A DNA stretch of 38,756 nt from a virus (lineage: Duplodnaviria > Caudoviricetes): IMG/VR virus record IMGVR_UViG_3300003086_000048, positions 1 to 38,756 of that record, one strand, 5' to 3'. Each line of letters opens with the position of its first letter. Within the stretch, counting starts at the first letter, position 1. Below are positions 17,296 to 26,697 of the stretch, one piece after another. The position numbers were made by a program, and so were the translations under genes. The notes beneath the pieces were generated by a model, which was given only the letters and a program-made list of their open reading frames with translations, did no database searches and was not told the origin of the DNA.

Positions 17296-17915
17296 AAGTA
17301 GAATTGATTGACCATATGGGTAGCGACTTAACGGTTGCTAACAGTGCGAGGGTTAGCTTTAACAAGCAGAAAAAGGAGTTTGAAGACAAGGACAAGGGTT
17401 TATTAAAATACCTTGCAGAACACAATCATTGGACGCCTTTCGCCCACCCACAAATTACATTAAGGGTAAAAGCCCCAATTAGTATTAGAACTCAATGCTT
17501 TAAACATAAGATTGGTTTTACTGAAAATGAAATTAGTAGAAGATATGTTTCTGACAATCCACAGTTCTTTAAACCAACTTGGAGAGAAGCTCCTGTTGAT
17601 GGTGCTAAACAGGGTAGTGGTGATATTATCAAAAACCCTAAATATTTAGACTTAGATTATGATGATTTTTGCTTTAAAAGCAAGGAGTTATATCAATCTC
17701 TATTAGATAGTGGTGTTGCACCAGAACAAGCAAGGTTTGTATTACCACAAGGAATGATGACTGAATGGTATTGGACTGGTTCATTAAGTGCTTTTGCTCG
17801 TTTCTATAAACAAAGAACACATAAAGGTGCTCAAAGTGAAATTAGAGAATTAGCAGATATGATTGGTTCTACTATCGCTCCTTTGTTTCCTGTTAGTTGG
17901 GAGGTTCTTACATAA
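17292..17915 (+). CDS. thyX: Flavin-dependent thymidylate synthase
   Basis: ARVSF, HWTPF, KHKIGFTENEISRRY, EQARFVLP, AQSEIR. Confidence 0.95.
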   Translation: MKVELIDHMGSDLTVANSARVSFNKQKKEFEDKDKGLLKYLAEHNHWTPFAHPQITLRVKAPISIRTQCFKHKIGFTENEISRRYVSDNPQFFKPTWREAPVDGAKQGSGDIIKNPKYLDLDYDDFCFKSKELYQSLLDSGVAPEQARFVLPQGMMTEWYWTGSLSAFARFYKQRTHKGAQSEIRELADMIGSTIAPLFPVSWEVLT

Positions 17916-18094
17916 TGTTATACGACTATATGTGCAACAAGTGCGAACACACCTATACAAAAAGCAACCCTATTGTTCATAGGACTGTAAGTGGGAAGTG
18001 TCCTGAATGTAAGAGTGAAGACACTAAAAAAATTATGAGCACACCAAGCTTTAAAACTTGTGGTGGTGGTCATAAATTAGGATCAATAAAGTGA
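17915..18094 (+). CDS. FmdB-like zinc-ribbon protein
   Basis: MLYDYMCNKC...CPECKS...KIMS.PSF. Confidence 0.75.
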   Translation: MLYDYMCNKCEHTYTKSNPIVHRTVSGKCPECKSEDTKKIMSTPSFKTCGGGHKLGSIK

Positions 18095-19041
18095 TTAAGA
18101 CACAAAAATTAGGTATCCCTTATATGGGGAGCAAGAGGAATTTAGCTCATAAGATAGTAGATAAGATTATTGAAGATAATCCAGATGCTGAATACTTTTA
18201 TGATTTATTTGGTGGCGGTGGTGCAGTAGCATTAGAAGCCCTATCAAGAGACCAATTTAAAGGTGTCTATTATAATGAATTCAATACTGGTATTACTAAG
18301 CTTATGGAAGACATAAGAGATAATGGTATTAGTGATTACTACTACAATTGGGTATCAAGAGAAGAGTTTTTTAAAAACTTAGGACAACCAACTGTGTTAG
18401 GTGGCTTAATGGTAGCTATGTGGTCTTTTGGTAATGATGGTAAAAGCTATCTATATGGTAAGAAAGTAGAAGGCATTAAGCATATAGCCCATAAGATTGT
18501 TGTAGATAAAGACTTGGAAGCTATTGATGAGTTTAATACTTATTACAATGGTTTAAGTTTAGACTTCGATAAAGATATTGATGCAGATACTATAAATGAG
18601 CGTAGGCTTAATTTCGGAAGATATGTCAGGTGTAATAAACTAAATAAAATCCAACAATTAGAACACTTAACAAGATTAAATAAACTAAAACAATTAGACA
18701 GAATACAACACTTAGGAAGATTAAACAGTCTAAAAAAACTAAATGGAATTCAAGGTCTTAACATTAGCAACCTAAGCTATGATGAAATTCCTATTAAAAC
18801 ACCCATAGATAAAACTGTTATTTATTTAGACCCACCGTATGAGGGAACTCAAAAATACCAAAATGCAATAGATTTCAATAAGTTAAAAGATTGGATTGTC
18901 AATAATAAATACAAGTGTTATAAGAGTGAATATAGTTGTGATTATATGACAGAGGTTATGTCTATGGAACATAGGTCAAAATTATGTGCTACTGCTAACA
19001 ATAAGGTTAGTGAGAAATTATATACAAATAAGGAGAAGTAA
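18091..19041 (+). CDS. Dam/D12-class DNA adenine methyltransferase
   Basis: PYMGSK, DLFGGGGAV, IYLDPPY. Confidence 0.88.
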   Translation: MIKTQKLGIPYMGSKRNLAHKIVDKIIEDNPDAEYFYDLFGGGGAVALEALSRDQFKGVYYNEFNTGITKLMEDIRDNGISDYYYNWVSREEFFKNLGQPTVLGGLMVAMWSFGNDGKSYLYGKKVEGIKHIAHKIVVDKDLEAIDEFNTYYNGLSLDFDKDIDADTINERRLNFGRYVRCNKLNKIQQLEHLTRLNKLKQLDRIQHLGRLNSLKKLNGIQGLNISNLSYDEIPIKTPIDKTVIYLDPPYEGTQKYQNAIDFNKLKDWIVNNKYKCYKSEYSCDYMTEVMSMEHRSKLCATANNKVSEKLYTNKEK

Positions 19042-19042
19042 T

Positions 19043-19132
19043 ATGTTTGATATTTTTATCGGAATGGTTTTTATGGGAATGATTTGGTTTTCATATATCT
19101 GTGGTAAGACTGACTGTAAGAAAACACAATGA
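19043..19132 (+). CDS. 29-aa membrane peptide (not in ORF track)
   Basis: AGGAG RBS; MFDIFIGMVFMGMIWFSYICGKTDCKKTQ*; ATGA overlap with nrdB. Confidence 0.55.
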   Translation: MFDIFIGMVFMGMIWFSYICGKTDCKKTQ

Positions 19133-20106
19133 GTAATATCTTAGGCAGTAGGGCAACCTATAAACCCTTACAATATGATTGGGCTTATGATATCTTCTTA
19201 GAGCACGAAAAGATGCACTGGACGAGTGAAGAAGTTCCTTTACACGAAGATATTAAGGATTGGCAAACAGTCTTATCTGATGAGGAAAAGAACCTTATCA
19301 AGAATATCCTACTCCTATTCACACAAGCTGATACTGATGTTGCAAGTGGTTATTATGATAAAATGATACCAATGTTCAAACATCCTGAATTGAGAATGAT
19401 GATGGGGAGTTTTGCTAACCGTGAGGCTACCCATATGGACGCTTACGCCCTCTTAACAGAAACATTAGGCTTTGACGAGGATATCTATACAGAGTTCAAG
19501 GAATACGAAGCTATGGCTGATAAGCATAACTATATTAGGAACTTTGATGCTGGTAGTGGTATTCAAGATACAGCCAAAACACTTGCTGTCTATTCTGCCT
19601 TTACAGAGGGATTAGCTTTATTCTCTTCCTTTGCTATGTTGTTGAACTTTCAACGATTTGGTAAGATGAAGAATATGGGTGTAGTAGTAGAATGGTCTAT
19701 TAAAGATGAGACTAAGCACGTAGAGGGTATGTTAAAAACATTCAGAACCCTTATGGCTGAAAACCCTCACCTATGGACTGATGAATTCAAGAAGACATTA
19801 TACCAAACAGCAAGAGAAATGGTTGAAATGGAAGATGCTTTTATTGACTTATCTTTTGAAATGGGTGGAGTAGAAGGACTAACAGCAGAGGATATGAAAC
19901 TTTATATTCGTTATATTTGTGATAGACGCTTATTGCAGTTAGGACTAAAAACAAACTATGGTGTTAAGGATAACCCCTTACCTTGGATTGATGAGTTATT
20001 AGGTAGTGTTGTTCATACTAACTTCTTTGAAGCTCGTTCTACTGAATATTCAAAAGGATCGGTTAAGGGAGATTTTACTGAATTAGACTTCCCAAAGCTA
20101 TCCTAA
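19129..20106 (+). CDS. nrdB: Ribonucleotide reductase class Ia beta subunit
   Basis: FTQAD, EATHMDAY, EGLALFSSF, DETKH, NFFEAR..EY. Confidence 0.96.
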   Translation: MSNILGSRATYKPLQYDWAYDIFLEHEKMHWTSEEVPLHEDIKDWQTVLSDEEKNLIKNILLLFTQADTDVASGYYDKMIPMFKHPELRMMMGSFANREATHMDAYALLTETLGFDEDIYTEFKEYEAMADKHNYIRNFDAGSGIQDTAKTLAVYSAFTEGLALFSSFAMLLNFQRFGKMKNMGVVVEWSIKDETKHVEGMLKTFRTLMAENPHLWTDEFKKTLYQTAREMVEMEDAFIDLSFEMGGVEGLTAEDMKLYIRYICDRRLLQLGLKTNYGVKDNPLPWIDELLGSVVHTNFFEARSTEYSKGSVKGDFTELDFPKLS

Positions 20107-20127
20107 CACTAACCGTAATAGGAGAAT

Positions 20128-20292
20128 ATGGAAAAATTACCTAAGAATTCAAAAGCACTAATTAAAGAGCTTGAGAAAATATACCCAGATAGAATGGTTG
20201 TCGATAACGACACTTATACCGCTTTTGAAATGGGTAAGATGGCAGGAGTAGTAGATTTACTCCGTATGTTAAACAGAATACAAGAGGAATAA
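20128..20292 (+). CDS. Small protein at the T7 gp6.5-like position (not in ORF track)
   Basis: AGGAG RBS; LIKELEKIYPD...AGVVDLLRML. Confidence 0.65.
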   Translation: MEKLPKNSKALIKELEKIYPDRMVVDNDTYTAFEMGKMAGVVDLLRMLNRIQEE

Positions 20293-20295
20293 AAT

Positions 20296-20499
20296 ATGAG
20301 CGGATTATTTAATAGACCAAAATCACCAAACCTACCACCACCGACTGTTCCAGATGCTCCAGTAGAAGATGCTGTATTCACTCCGGGTGTAGGTGGTGAG
20401 TCCAAGACAAAGAAACTTTTGGCAATTAAGAAAGGCAAGAATAGACTTAAAATCCCATTGGTTAAGGGAATTAAAACATCTATTAACAAGGGATACTAA
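20296..20499 (+). CDS. Small virion assembly protein (gp6.7/7.3-like)
   Basis: Pro-rich N-terminus, KKGKNRLKI motif, immediately before portal. Confidence 0.7.
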   Translation: MSGLFNRPKSPNLPPPTVPDAPVEDAVFTPGVGGESKTKKLLAIKKGKNRLKIPLVKGIKTSINKGY

Positions 20500-20509
20500 G
20501 AGGTAGCAT

Positions 20510-21997
20510 ATGGCTGAATTAGAAAGAGCAAGTTTAAAAGCAAGGTGGGCGAAACTTGATGGAGATAAAAGCACCGTTCTTTCTCGTGCAAGAGACTGCA
20601 CAGAGCTTACAATTCCGTCTTTACTTGTCAAGCAAGGGCATAAGGAACAAGATTCTTTATCAACGCCTTATCAATCGCTTGGTGCGAGAGCAATAAACCA
20701 TTTGGCAAGTAAATTACTACTTACCTTACTCCCACCGAATAGCCCCTTCTTTAGACTTATTCCTAATGAAGCTGATATTGCTGAATTCACAGAAGACCAA
20801 AGAGCCGAATTAGATAAAGGCTTAGGAAACTACGAAAGAGAAGTATATAGTTTTATTGAAAAAAAGGCTTATAGAGTTCCATTATTTGAAGCTATTAAAC
20901 TTCTTATTGGAACTGGAAACTCACTTGTTAGACTACAAGACAAAGAATTACAAGTATATAATTTAGAAGAATATTCAATCAAGAGAAACTCTCTTGGTAA
21001 AGTAATTGAAATACTTATTAAAGAAACTGTTCATCCTACTGATATTCCTGATATGGACTTAACAGAAGAGGAAACAGACCTTTATACCTGTGCTATTATT
21101 ATGGAAGATGGGCGATATAATGTCTATCAAGAGGCCAATGATGAGATTGTTCCAGGTTCAGAGGGAGAAGTAAAGGCCGAAGACCTACCTTTCATTGCTC
21201 TTAGATGGACTGCCATTAATGGTGAGCACTATGGAAGAGGGTTAGTAGAACAATATTTAGGAGACTTACGAAGCCTTGAAGCCCTATCACAATCTATGAT
21301 TGAAGGTGCGGCGGCGGCAAGTAAGATTGTCTTCTTAGTAGATCCAACAGGAACTACAAGAGTTAGGGATGTGGCAAAGGCTAAGTCAGGCGACTTTAAA
21401 CAAGGTCGGGCTGTGGATATTAGCACCGTTAAGGTTGATAAGATGAGCGATATGCAAATTCCTTATCAGTTAGCTAATGAAATATCGCAACGCCTTGCCA
21501 GCGCCTTTTTATTGACACAAGGAGCTACCCGTGATGCTGAAAGAGTAACTGCGGAAGAGATTAGACTTGTAGCTGGTGAATTAGAAGATGCCTTGGGTGG
21601 TATTTATTCTATTCTATCACAAGAATTACAGTTGCCTTTAGTAAATATCATTCTTAAAAATAGTGATGTTAAACTACCAGAGGGTTTAGTTGAACCAGTT
21701 ATTGTTACTGGTTTAGAGGCGTTGGGTAGAGGACACGACTACAACAAGTTAGTTATGTTCAGTCAAACACTACAACAACTATTAGGCCCCGAAATCTTTG
21801 CTCAACACGCAAATGTTGGTGCTGTTATTGATAGGGTAGGAACTTCTCTTGGTGTTGATGTTGATGGTTTAATTAAATCACAAGAACAAATCGCTGGAGA
21901 ACAAGAACAAGCTATGATGGATCAAGCTGGACAGGTAGGTCTTGAAGAAGCAAGCAAACAGGCTGGCAATGGCATTGGTCAAATGGCTGGTGAGTAA
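20510..21997 (+). CDS. Portal / head-tail connector (T7 gp8-like)
   Basis: LTIPSL, PYQSLGARAINHLASKL, YGRGLVE, RDAERVTAEEIR, TGLEALGR. Confidence 0.97.
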   Translation: MAELERASLKARWAKLDGDKSTVLSRARDCTELTIPSLLVKQGHKEQDSLSTPYQSLGARAINHLASKLLLTLLPPNSPFFRLIPNEADIAEFTEDQRAELDKGLGNYEREVYSFIEKKAYRVPLFEAIKLLIGTGNSLVRLQDKELQVYNLEEYSIKRNSLGKVIEILIKETVHPTDIPDMDLTEEETDLYTCAIIMEDGRYNVYQEANDEIVPGSEGEVKAEDLPFIALRWTAINGEHYGRGLVEQYLGDLRSLEALSQSMIEGAAAASKIVFLVDPTGTTRVRDVAKAKSGDFKQGRAVDISTVKVDKMSDMQIPYQLANEISQRLASAFLLTQGATRDAERVTAEEIRLVAGELEDALGGIYSILSQELQLPLVNIILKNSDVKLPEGLVEPVIVTGLEALGRGHDYNKLVMFSQTLQQLLGPEIFAQHANVGAVIDRVGTSLGVDVDGLIKSQEQIAGEQEQAMMDQAGQVGLEEASKQAGNGIGQMAGE

Positions 21998-22066
21998 TGA
22001 CTATTCTATTTAATATTGGAATTGCAAATCAAAAAAGTATTCAAGTAAAAGGAGAGGTAAAAAAAG

Positions 22067-22849
22067 ATGGAAGAAGACAACCAAAACCAAGCCCCACAGG
22101 GGGAACTAAACCAACACGAACAGGAAATGCTGGAAGTGGTGGAAAAAAACGAAAATCAAGTAGCCGAAAGCCTAAAAAGTGATGAAGAAAAACTTTTAGC
22201 AGGTAAGTATAAATCTGTTGAAGATTTAGAGAAAGCTTACGGCGAACTACAGACTAAATTAGGCTCTAAGGACAACGAGGATGCCCCTAAAAGGGAAGAT
22301 AATTTAGATAACGATAAAACACCTGAACTCTCAAAGAATGACGCTAAAAGCGAAGTAGAGAGTGTAGGTTTAGATTTTGACGCTTTATATGATGAGTTTT
22401 CTAAAAGTGAGAATGGGTTATCAGATGATACTTATTCTAAATTAGAAAAAGCAGGTATCAACAAGAATACTGTTGATAATTATATTAAAGGTCAAGAAGC
22501 TATTGTTCAACAAACAGCAGAAGGCTTAAAAGGTCTTGTTGGTGGTGAGGATAATTATAACTCTATGATTGAGTGGGCGACTACCAATTTGAGTGAAAGC
22601 GAACAGCGGGCGTTTGATAGTGTTCTCGGAGATGAGGGCACAGCTACGTTTGCTATTCAAGGACTATATGCACGGTTTAAAGCAACTAACCCCACCCTTA
22701 GACAAGGTAGTGGTGTTGGAAGCTCCTCTCGTGGAGGATTTGGCACGAAATCTGATATGATGGAAGCCATGCAAAGTCCAAAATACAAGTTAGACAGCAC
22801 CTATCGAGCTGATGTGCAACGCAAGATAGCGATGACTGACTTTCTATAA
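22067..22849 (+). CDS. Capsid scaffolding protein (gp9-like)
   Basis: AGKYKSVEDLEKAY.EL, VGGEDNY..MIEWA, AM.SPKY..D..YR..V. Confidence 0.93.
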   Translation: MEEDNQNQAPQGELNQHEQEMLEVVEKNENQVAESLKSDEEKLLAGKYKSVEDLEKAYGELQTKLGSKDNEDAPKREDNLDNDKTPELSKNDAKSEVESVGLDFDALYDEFSKSENGLSDDTYSKLEKAGINKNTVDNYIKGQEAIVQQTAEGLKGLVGGEDNYNSMIEWATTNLSESEQRAFDSVLGDEGTATFAIQGLYARFKATNPTLRQGSGVGSSSRGGFGTKSDMMEAMQSPKYKLDSTYRADVQRKIAMTDFL

Positions 22850-22960
22850 AGAAATATAAGAGATGCCCTTTTAATAATTCCGAGGAATTGTGAAGAAGGA
22901 TACCGTTTTAAAATATTTTGTTTATATATAACTTTTTTAATTATTATATAAGGAAATATA

Positions 22961-23839
22961 ATGGCTTATACAACTTCAAATCCAGCAGGAACTGTTGCTG
23001 GTGGCACTGACTTAGCCTTAAAAGTCTTTTCGGGTGAGGTATTAACTGCGTTTGCAACAAAGAACGTATTTATGCCTCTTATCAATACAAGAACTATTGC
23101 CTCTGGTAAGTCTGCGACTTTCCCAGTAATTGGTTCTTATTCTTCTGCTGACGTTTTAGATCACACTCCAGGTGTTGATATTACTGTGAATTCAATCGCT
23201 CAAGGCGAACAAGTAATTGCGATTAACTCTCGTAAATATGCTTCTGTATTCGTTGATGACTTTGAAGAAGCAATGTCTCACTACGAGGTTCGCGGTCAAT
23301 ACTCAACAGAGATTGGTAATGCACTGGCTAAGAAAGTGGATGCGGCAATTATCACACAGCTTGATGCTTGTGCTAATGCCACTCCAGAAACAGGTCAGCC
23401 AGCGGTAAATGCTGATATTGCGTTGGGTGCTACTCTTGCTGTAAATGAATTGGTAGAAGCTATCTTTGATGCGGCGGCTACTATGGAAAGCAAAGATATT
23501 GCAGGCGACAAGGTGTGTGTTATTACCCCTGACGCTTACTATAACTTAGTGCAGTCTGACAAAGCAGTAAATCGTGATTGGACGAATGGTAACGGTGGTA
23601 TTGATACAGGTAATGTATTCAAGATCGCTGGTATCCCAATTATGATGTCTAACAACATTCCGGCTGGTTCTTGGGGCTATATCTTTACCCCACAAGCGGT
23701 AGGTGTTGTTAAGTTAATGGATATTAAGTCTGAAGCTAACTATATTCCTGAGAAATTAGGAACATTGATGGCTTCTTCTTATGCGATGGGTGAAGGCGTT
23801 CTTAACGCTGGTTGCTCTATCCGTTTAACTCAGGCATAA
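22961..23839 (+). CDS. Major capsid protein (gp10-like)
   Basis: LKVFSGEVLTAF, RTIASGKSATFP.IG, HYEVRGQYS.EIG.ALA. Confidence 0.96.
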   Translation: MAYTTSNPAGTVAGGTDLALKVFSGEVLTAFATKNVFMPLINTRTIASGKSATFPVIGSYSSADVLDHTPGVDITVNSIAQGEQVIAINSRKYASVFVDDFEEAMSHYEVRGQYSTEIGNALAKKVDAAIITQLDACANATPETGQPAVNADIALGATLAVNELVEAIFDAAATMESKDIAGDKVCVITPDAYYNLVQSDKAVNRDWTNGNGGIDTGNVFKIAGIPIMMSNNIPAGSWGYIFTPQAVGVVKLMDIKSEANYIPEKLGTLMASSYAMGEGVLNAGCSIRLTQA

Positions 23840-23853
23840 CATAACCTGAACTT

Positions 23854-23878
23854 CCCCTGACTTCGGTTGGGGGTTGTT
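23854..23878 (+). terminator. T-phi-like terminator after capsid gene
   Basis: CCCCTGAC-TTCG-GTTGGGG stem with UUCG loop; weak T tract, probably leaky. Confidence 0.7.
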
Positions 23879-23912
23879 CCCATATTTTACACTAATTGGA
23901 GTATTACTTTAA

Positions 23913-24485
23913 ATGAATAAATTAAATGATGCCATAAACATATGCTTAACAGCTATTGGCGAAAGACCCCTAACAGGTAATACTTCAATTACTGGAAACT
24001 TTGAAGCAGAATTAGCTTCTGATATTATTGAAGAAGCAAAAGTAGAAGTATTAAGTTCTGGATATCAGTTCAATACAGATAACAACTGGGAGCTTATTCC
24101 AGACAATAATAACTATATTGGTATTCCACCAACTGCCCTCTTTGTCGATCCGACTGGAGGAGAGAATTGGATTATCCAAAACGAGGCTGGAGCACGACAA
24201 CTATACAACAAAGATGACCAAACCTTATTATTTACAGAAAAGGCTCTTGTTGATATTCGTTGGAATATAGACTTTGATGATATGCCTGTCGTAGCACAAC
24301 AGCTAACGGTTAATATTGCTAAAAAGAAACTATACGAAAGAATAATTGGTGTTGATAGCATCTTAAATATCTTCGCACAAGAGATACAACAATCAAAGGT
24401 TAATCTTCTTGCTGATGAAATCAATGTGGGTGATTATTCTTATTTTGATGACAACCCTAAGATATTAAATAGAATAAGCAATTAG
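23913..24485 (+). CDS. Tail tubular protein A (gp11-like)
   Basis: AINICL.AIGE.P, GYQFNT, FDDMP; position after capsid gene. Confidence 0.92.
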   Translation: MNKLNDAINICLTAIGERPLTGNTSITGNFEAELASDIIEEAKVEVLSSGYQFNTDNNWELIPDNNNYIGIPPTALFVDPTGGENWIIQNEAGARQLYNKDDQTLLFTEKALVDIRWNIDFDDMPVVAQQLTVNIAKKKLYERIIGVDSILNIFAQEIQQSKVNLLADEINVGDYSYFDDNPKILNRISN

Positions 24486-24495
24486 GAGTAGATAA

Positions 24496-26697
24496 ATGGA
24501 AGTTAATCAAACACTACCAACATTGGCTAATGGCATATCACAACAGGCGGTTCATTTAAGAAATGATAGTTTTGTTGAAGAAATGTTTGACTGTAATGTT
24601 AGCCTTGTTGAGGGTATTACAGTAAGGGCTGGAGAGGATACCGTGATAATGGATGCTTGGCCAGTCATTAATGATAACAACGGAAACCCTGTTGATATTA
24701 ATCAGGGGCTTCTATGGACACATACATACGACACAGGAACAGGTTTTGGTGATGATGCTTCTAAGAGAGAGGTTCATATTCAAGTATCGACAACAGGAGC
24801 ATGGCGGGTTTATTTGTTTAGTGGTGACTTAACAATTCCTGATACTTTCTCTTATGGGTGGGATGAATACTTCTATATATTCGATGTGCCTTCAGATATG
24901 CCACCATACAGTGCCGTTTCGGTTGGAGATAGCACATTCATAACCAACAGATTAAGAACGGTAACAAAATCAAGTGTATGGGCTCATACGGGGCATGTTC
25001 ATAAAGACCATAGCTTTTATTGGGTAAAAAGGTCTTTGTTGTCATATGGTGGCACTGATAATTCAGATATTAGAAATTATAGATATACAATAAATACGAT
25101 TGATATTCCAACTTCTTATAGTTCTGCATATGGAGACACCGACGTTGTAGCTTATTCTCTGGCAAACGCTGGTGGTGTTGGTTTTGAAGTAAGTGGTAGT
25201 GTTGTATATAGAGATGATATTGTTGCTGGTAGTTCTGATTGGGTTACTGGTGATAGCTGGGGAAACATGGCGAGCGTTGGTTGGCAGGGTAGAGTTTCCA
25301 AACTACAAGATTTGCCGAATAATATGGGTTCTTTTTATGGAACAAAAACTATTGTTGAGGTAACTGGTGATGAAGATAATGAATTCACTGGTTTTTGGGC
25401 TTGGGTAGAAAACGAGGGTGATAATTGGAGCGAAACAATAGAGCCCGGTATTAGCTCTGGTTTAGACAAAAGCAGTATGCCGCATGTATTTAGAAATGTT
25501 GATGATGGATCAACTCATGGTGTTTTCGAGGTTCAAGAATTCGAATGGAACGATAGGGAGGTTGGTGGTGATGAAAGTAATGCGATGCCAACAATTGTAG
25601 GTGGTGTTGTTAGAGATATATTTTTCTTTAAAAATAGGCTCGGACTACTAACAAAAAATGGTGTTGTTTTATCAGAAGTAGGATTATATGAAAACCTATT
25701 TAGGACAACCGTAACTGATTTATTAGACAGCGACCCAATTGATATTTCGATTGATACCAATATTGTTTCAGACCTACACTATGCTATTCCTTATAATAAC
25801 AATCTGCTTATTTTTGGTGCAAGAGAACAATATATATTAAGTGGAGCGAAAACGCTTACTCCTAAAAACGTATCTGTTACTCAATCCACAAAATATGATT
25901 ACAATACAATCATACCACCAGTCGCCCTTGGTGCTAATGTTTATTTTACAGTAAATAAGGGATTCTATTTACAGGTGCGTGAGTATTACAATGTTGATGG
26001 AACTGCAAGCAATGAAAGCACAGATATAACAGAACAAGTTCCAAGACTTATTCCTAATGATAGTGAGCTAACAATGGTTGGTTCAGAAAAACACGATATG
26101 CTATTTATTGCCAATGATGATCTAACCTTTGTTTATAACATGGCTTGGGGTAGCGAAGGGAAGGTTCAGAGTGCTTGGCATTTATGGACTGTTGGTGGCT
26201 ATTTAACCCATGCCAATGCCTCACTACATATGTTTAGGCGAGGATATCCAATTGATGGTTCTGGTAATGAAATAACAACTGATGATTTTGGCGTTGGCAC
26301 TGGAGAGCTTGATTTAAGCACTGATATTTTCTTGGGACATAATCCCTTTAGAATATTTGGTGATAGCAACTATGACACTTGGATGTTCCCATATATTGGA
26401 CTAAGTGAGTGGGGCTTTAAGAGTGGAAGTTATGAGGTGGATGATAAAACTGGTAAATTGCAAATAAGAAAAATTACTTTATTTGGTGACAGTAATGCTC
26501 ATATTTTTATAAAAGAAAAAGGACTTAGTGTGGCTGATCCATCAATAGCAGTTATTGAAAATACAAAAACAGCTACCGTCATGAGAGATAGTAAAGAGAC
26601 ATCAATTGGAATAATGCCTGTTGATGGTGAAGAGTTTAGCATAACTTCCATAAATTTAAGCGGAAGATTTAACAAGAGAGCAGGGAGAGCTATATGA
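24496..26697 (+). CDS. Tail tubular protein B (gp12-like)
   Basis: GISQQ, MPH, W..R.VG, FFKNRLG, DSDPID, VQSAWH.W. Confidence 0.92.
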   Translation: MEVNQTLPTLANGISQQAVHLRNDSFVEEMFDCNVSLVEGITVRAGEDTVIMDAWPVINDNNGNPVDINQGLLWTHTYDTGTGFGDDASKREVHIQVSTTGAWRVYLFSGDLTIPDTFSYGWDEYFYIFDVPSDMPPYSAVSVGDSTFITNRLRTVTKSSVWAHTGHVHKDHSFYWVKRSLLSYGGTDNSDIRNYRYTINTIDIPTSYSSAYGDTDVVAYSLANAGGVGFEVSGSVVYRDDIVAGSSDWVTGDSWGNMASVGWQGRVSKLQDLPNNMGSFYGTKTIVEVTGDEDNEFTGFWAWVENEGDNWSETIEPGISSGLDKSSMPHVFRNVDDGSTHGVFEVQEFEWNDREVGGDESNAMPTIVGGVVRDIFFFKNRLGLLTKNGVVLSEVGLYENLFRTTVTDLLDSDPIDISIDTNIVSDLHYAIPYNNNLLIFGAREQYILSGAKTLTPKNVSVTQSTKYDYNTIIPPVALGANVYFTVNKGFYLQVREYYNVDGTASNESTDITEQVPRLIPNDSELTMVGSEKHDMLFIANDDLTFVYNMAWGSEGKVQSAWHLWTVGGYLTHANASLHMFRRGYPIDGSGNEITTDDFGVGTGELDLSTDIFLGHNPFRIFGDSNYDTWMFPYIGLSEWGFKSGSYEVDDKTGKLQIRKITLFGDSNAHIFIKEKGLSVADPSIAVIENTKTATVMRDSKETSIGIMPVDGEEFSITSINLSGRFNKRAGRAI

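Noticed and set aside
21997-22182. 61-aa basic ORF overlapping the scaffold start
   Set aside because: Mostly an alternative frame of the scaffold gene; cannot be supported, although the TAATG overlap with portal leaves some doubt
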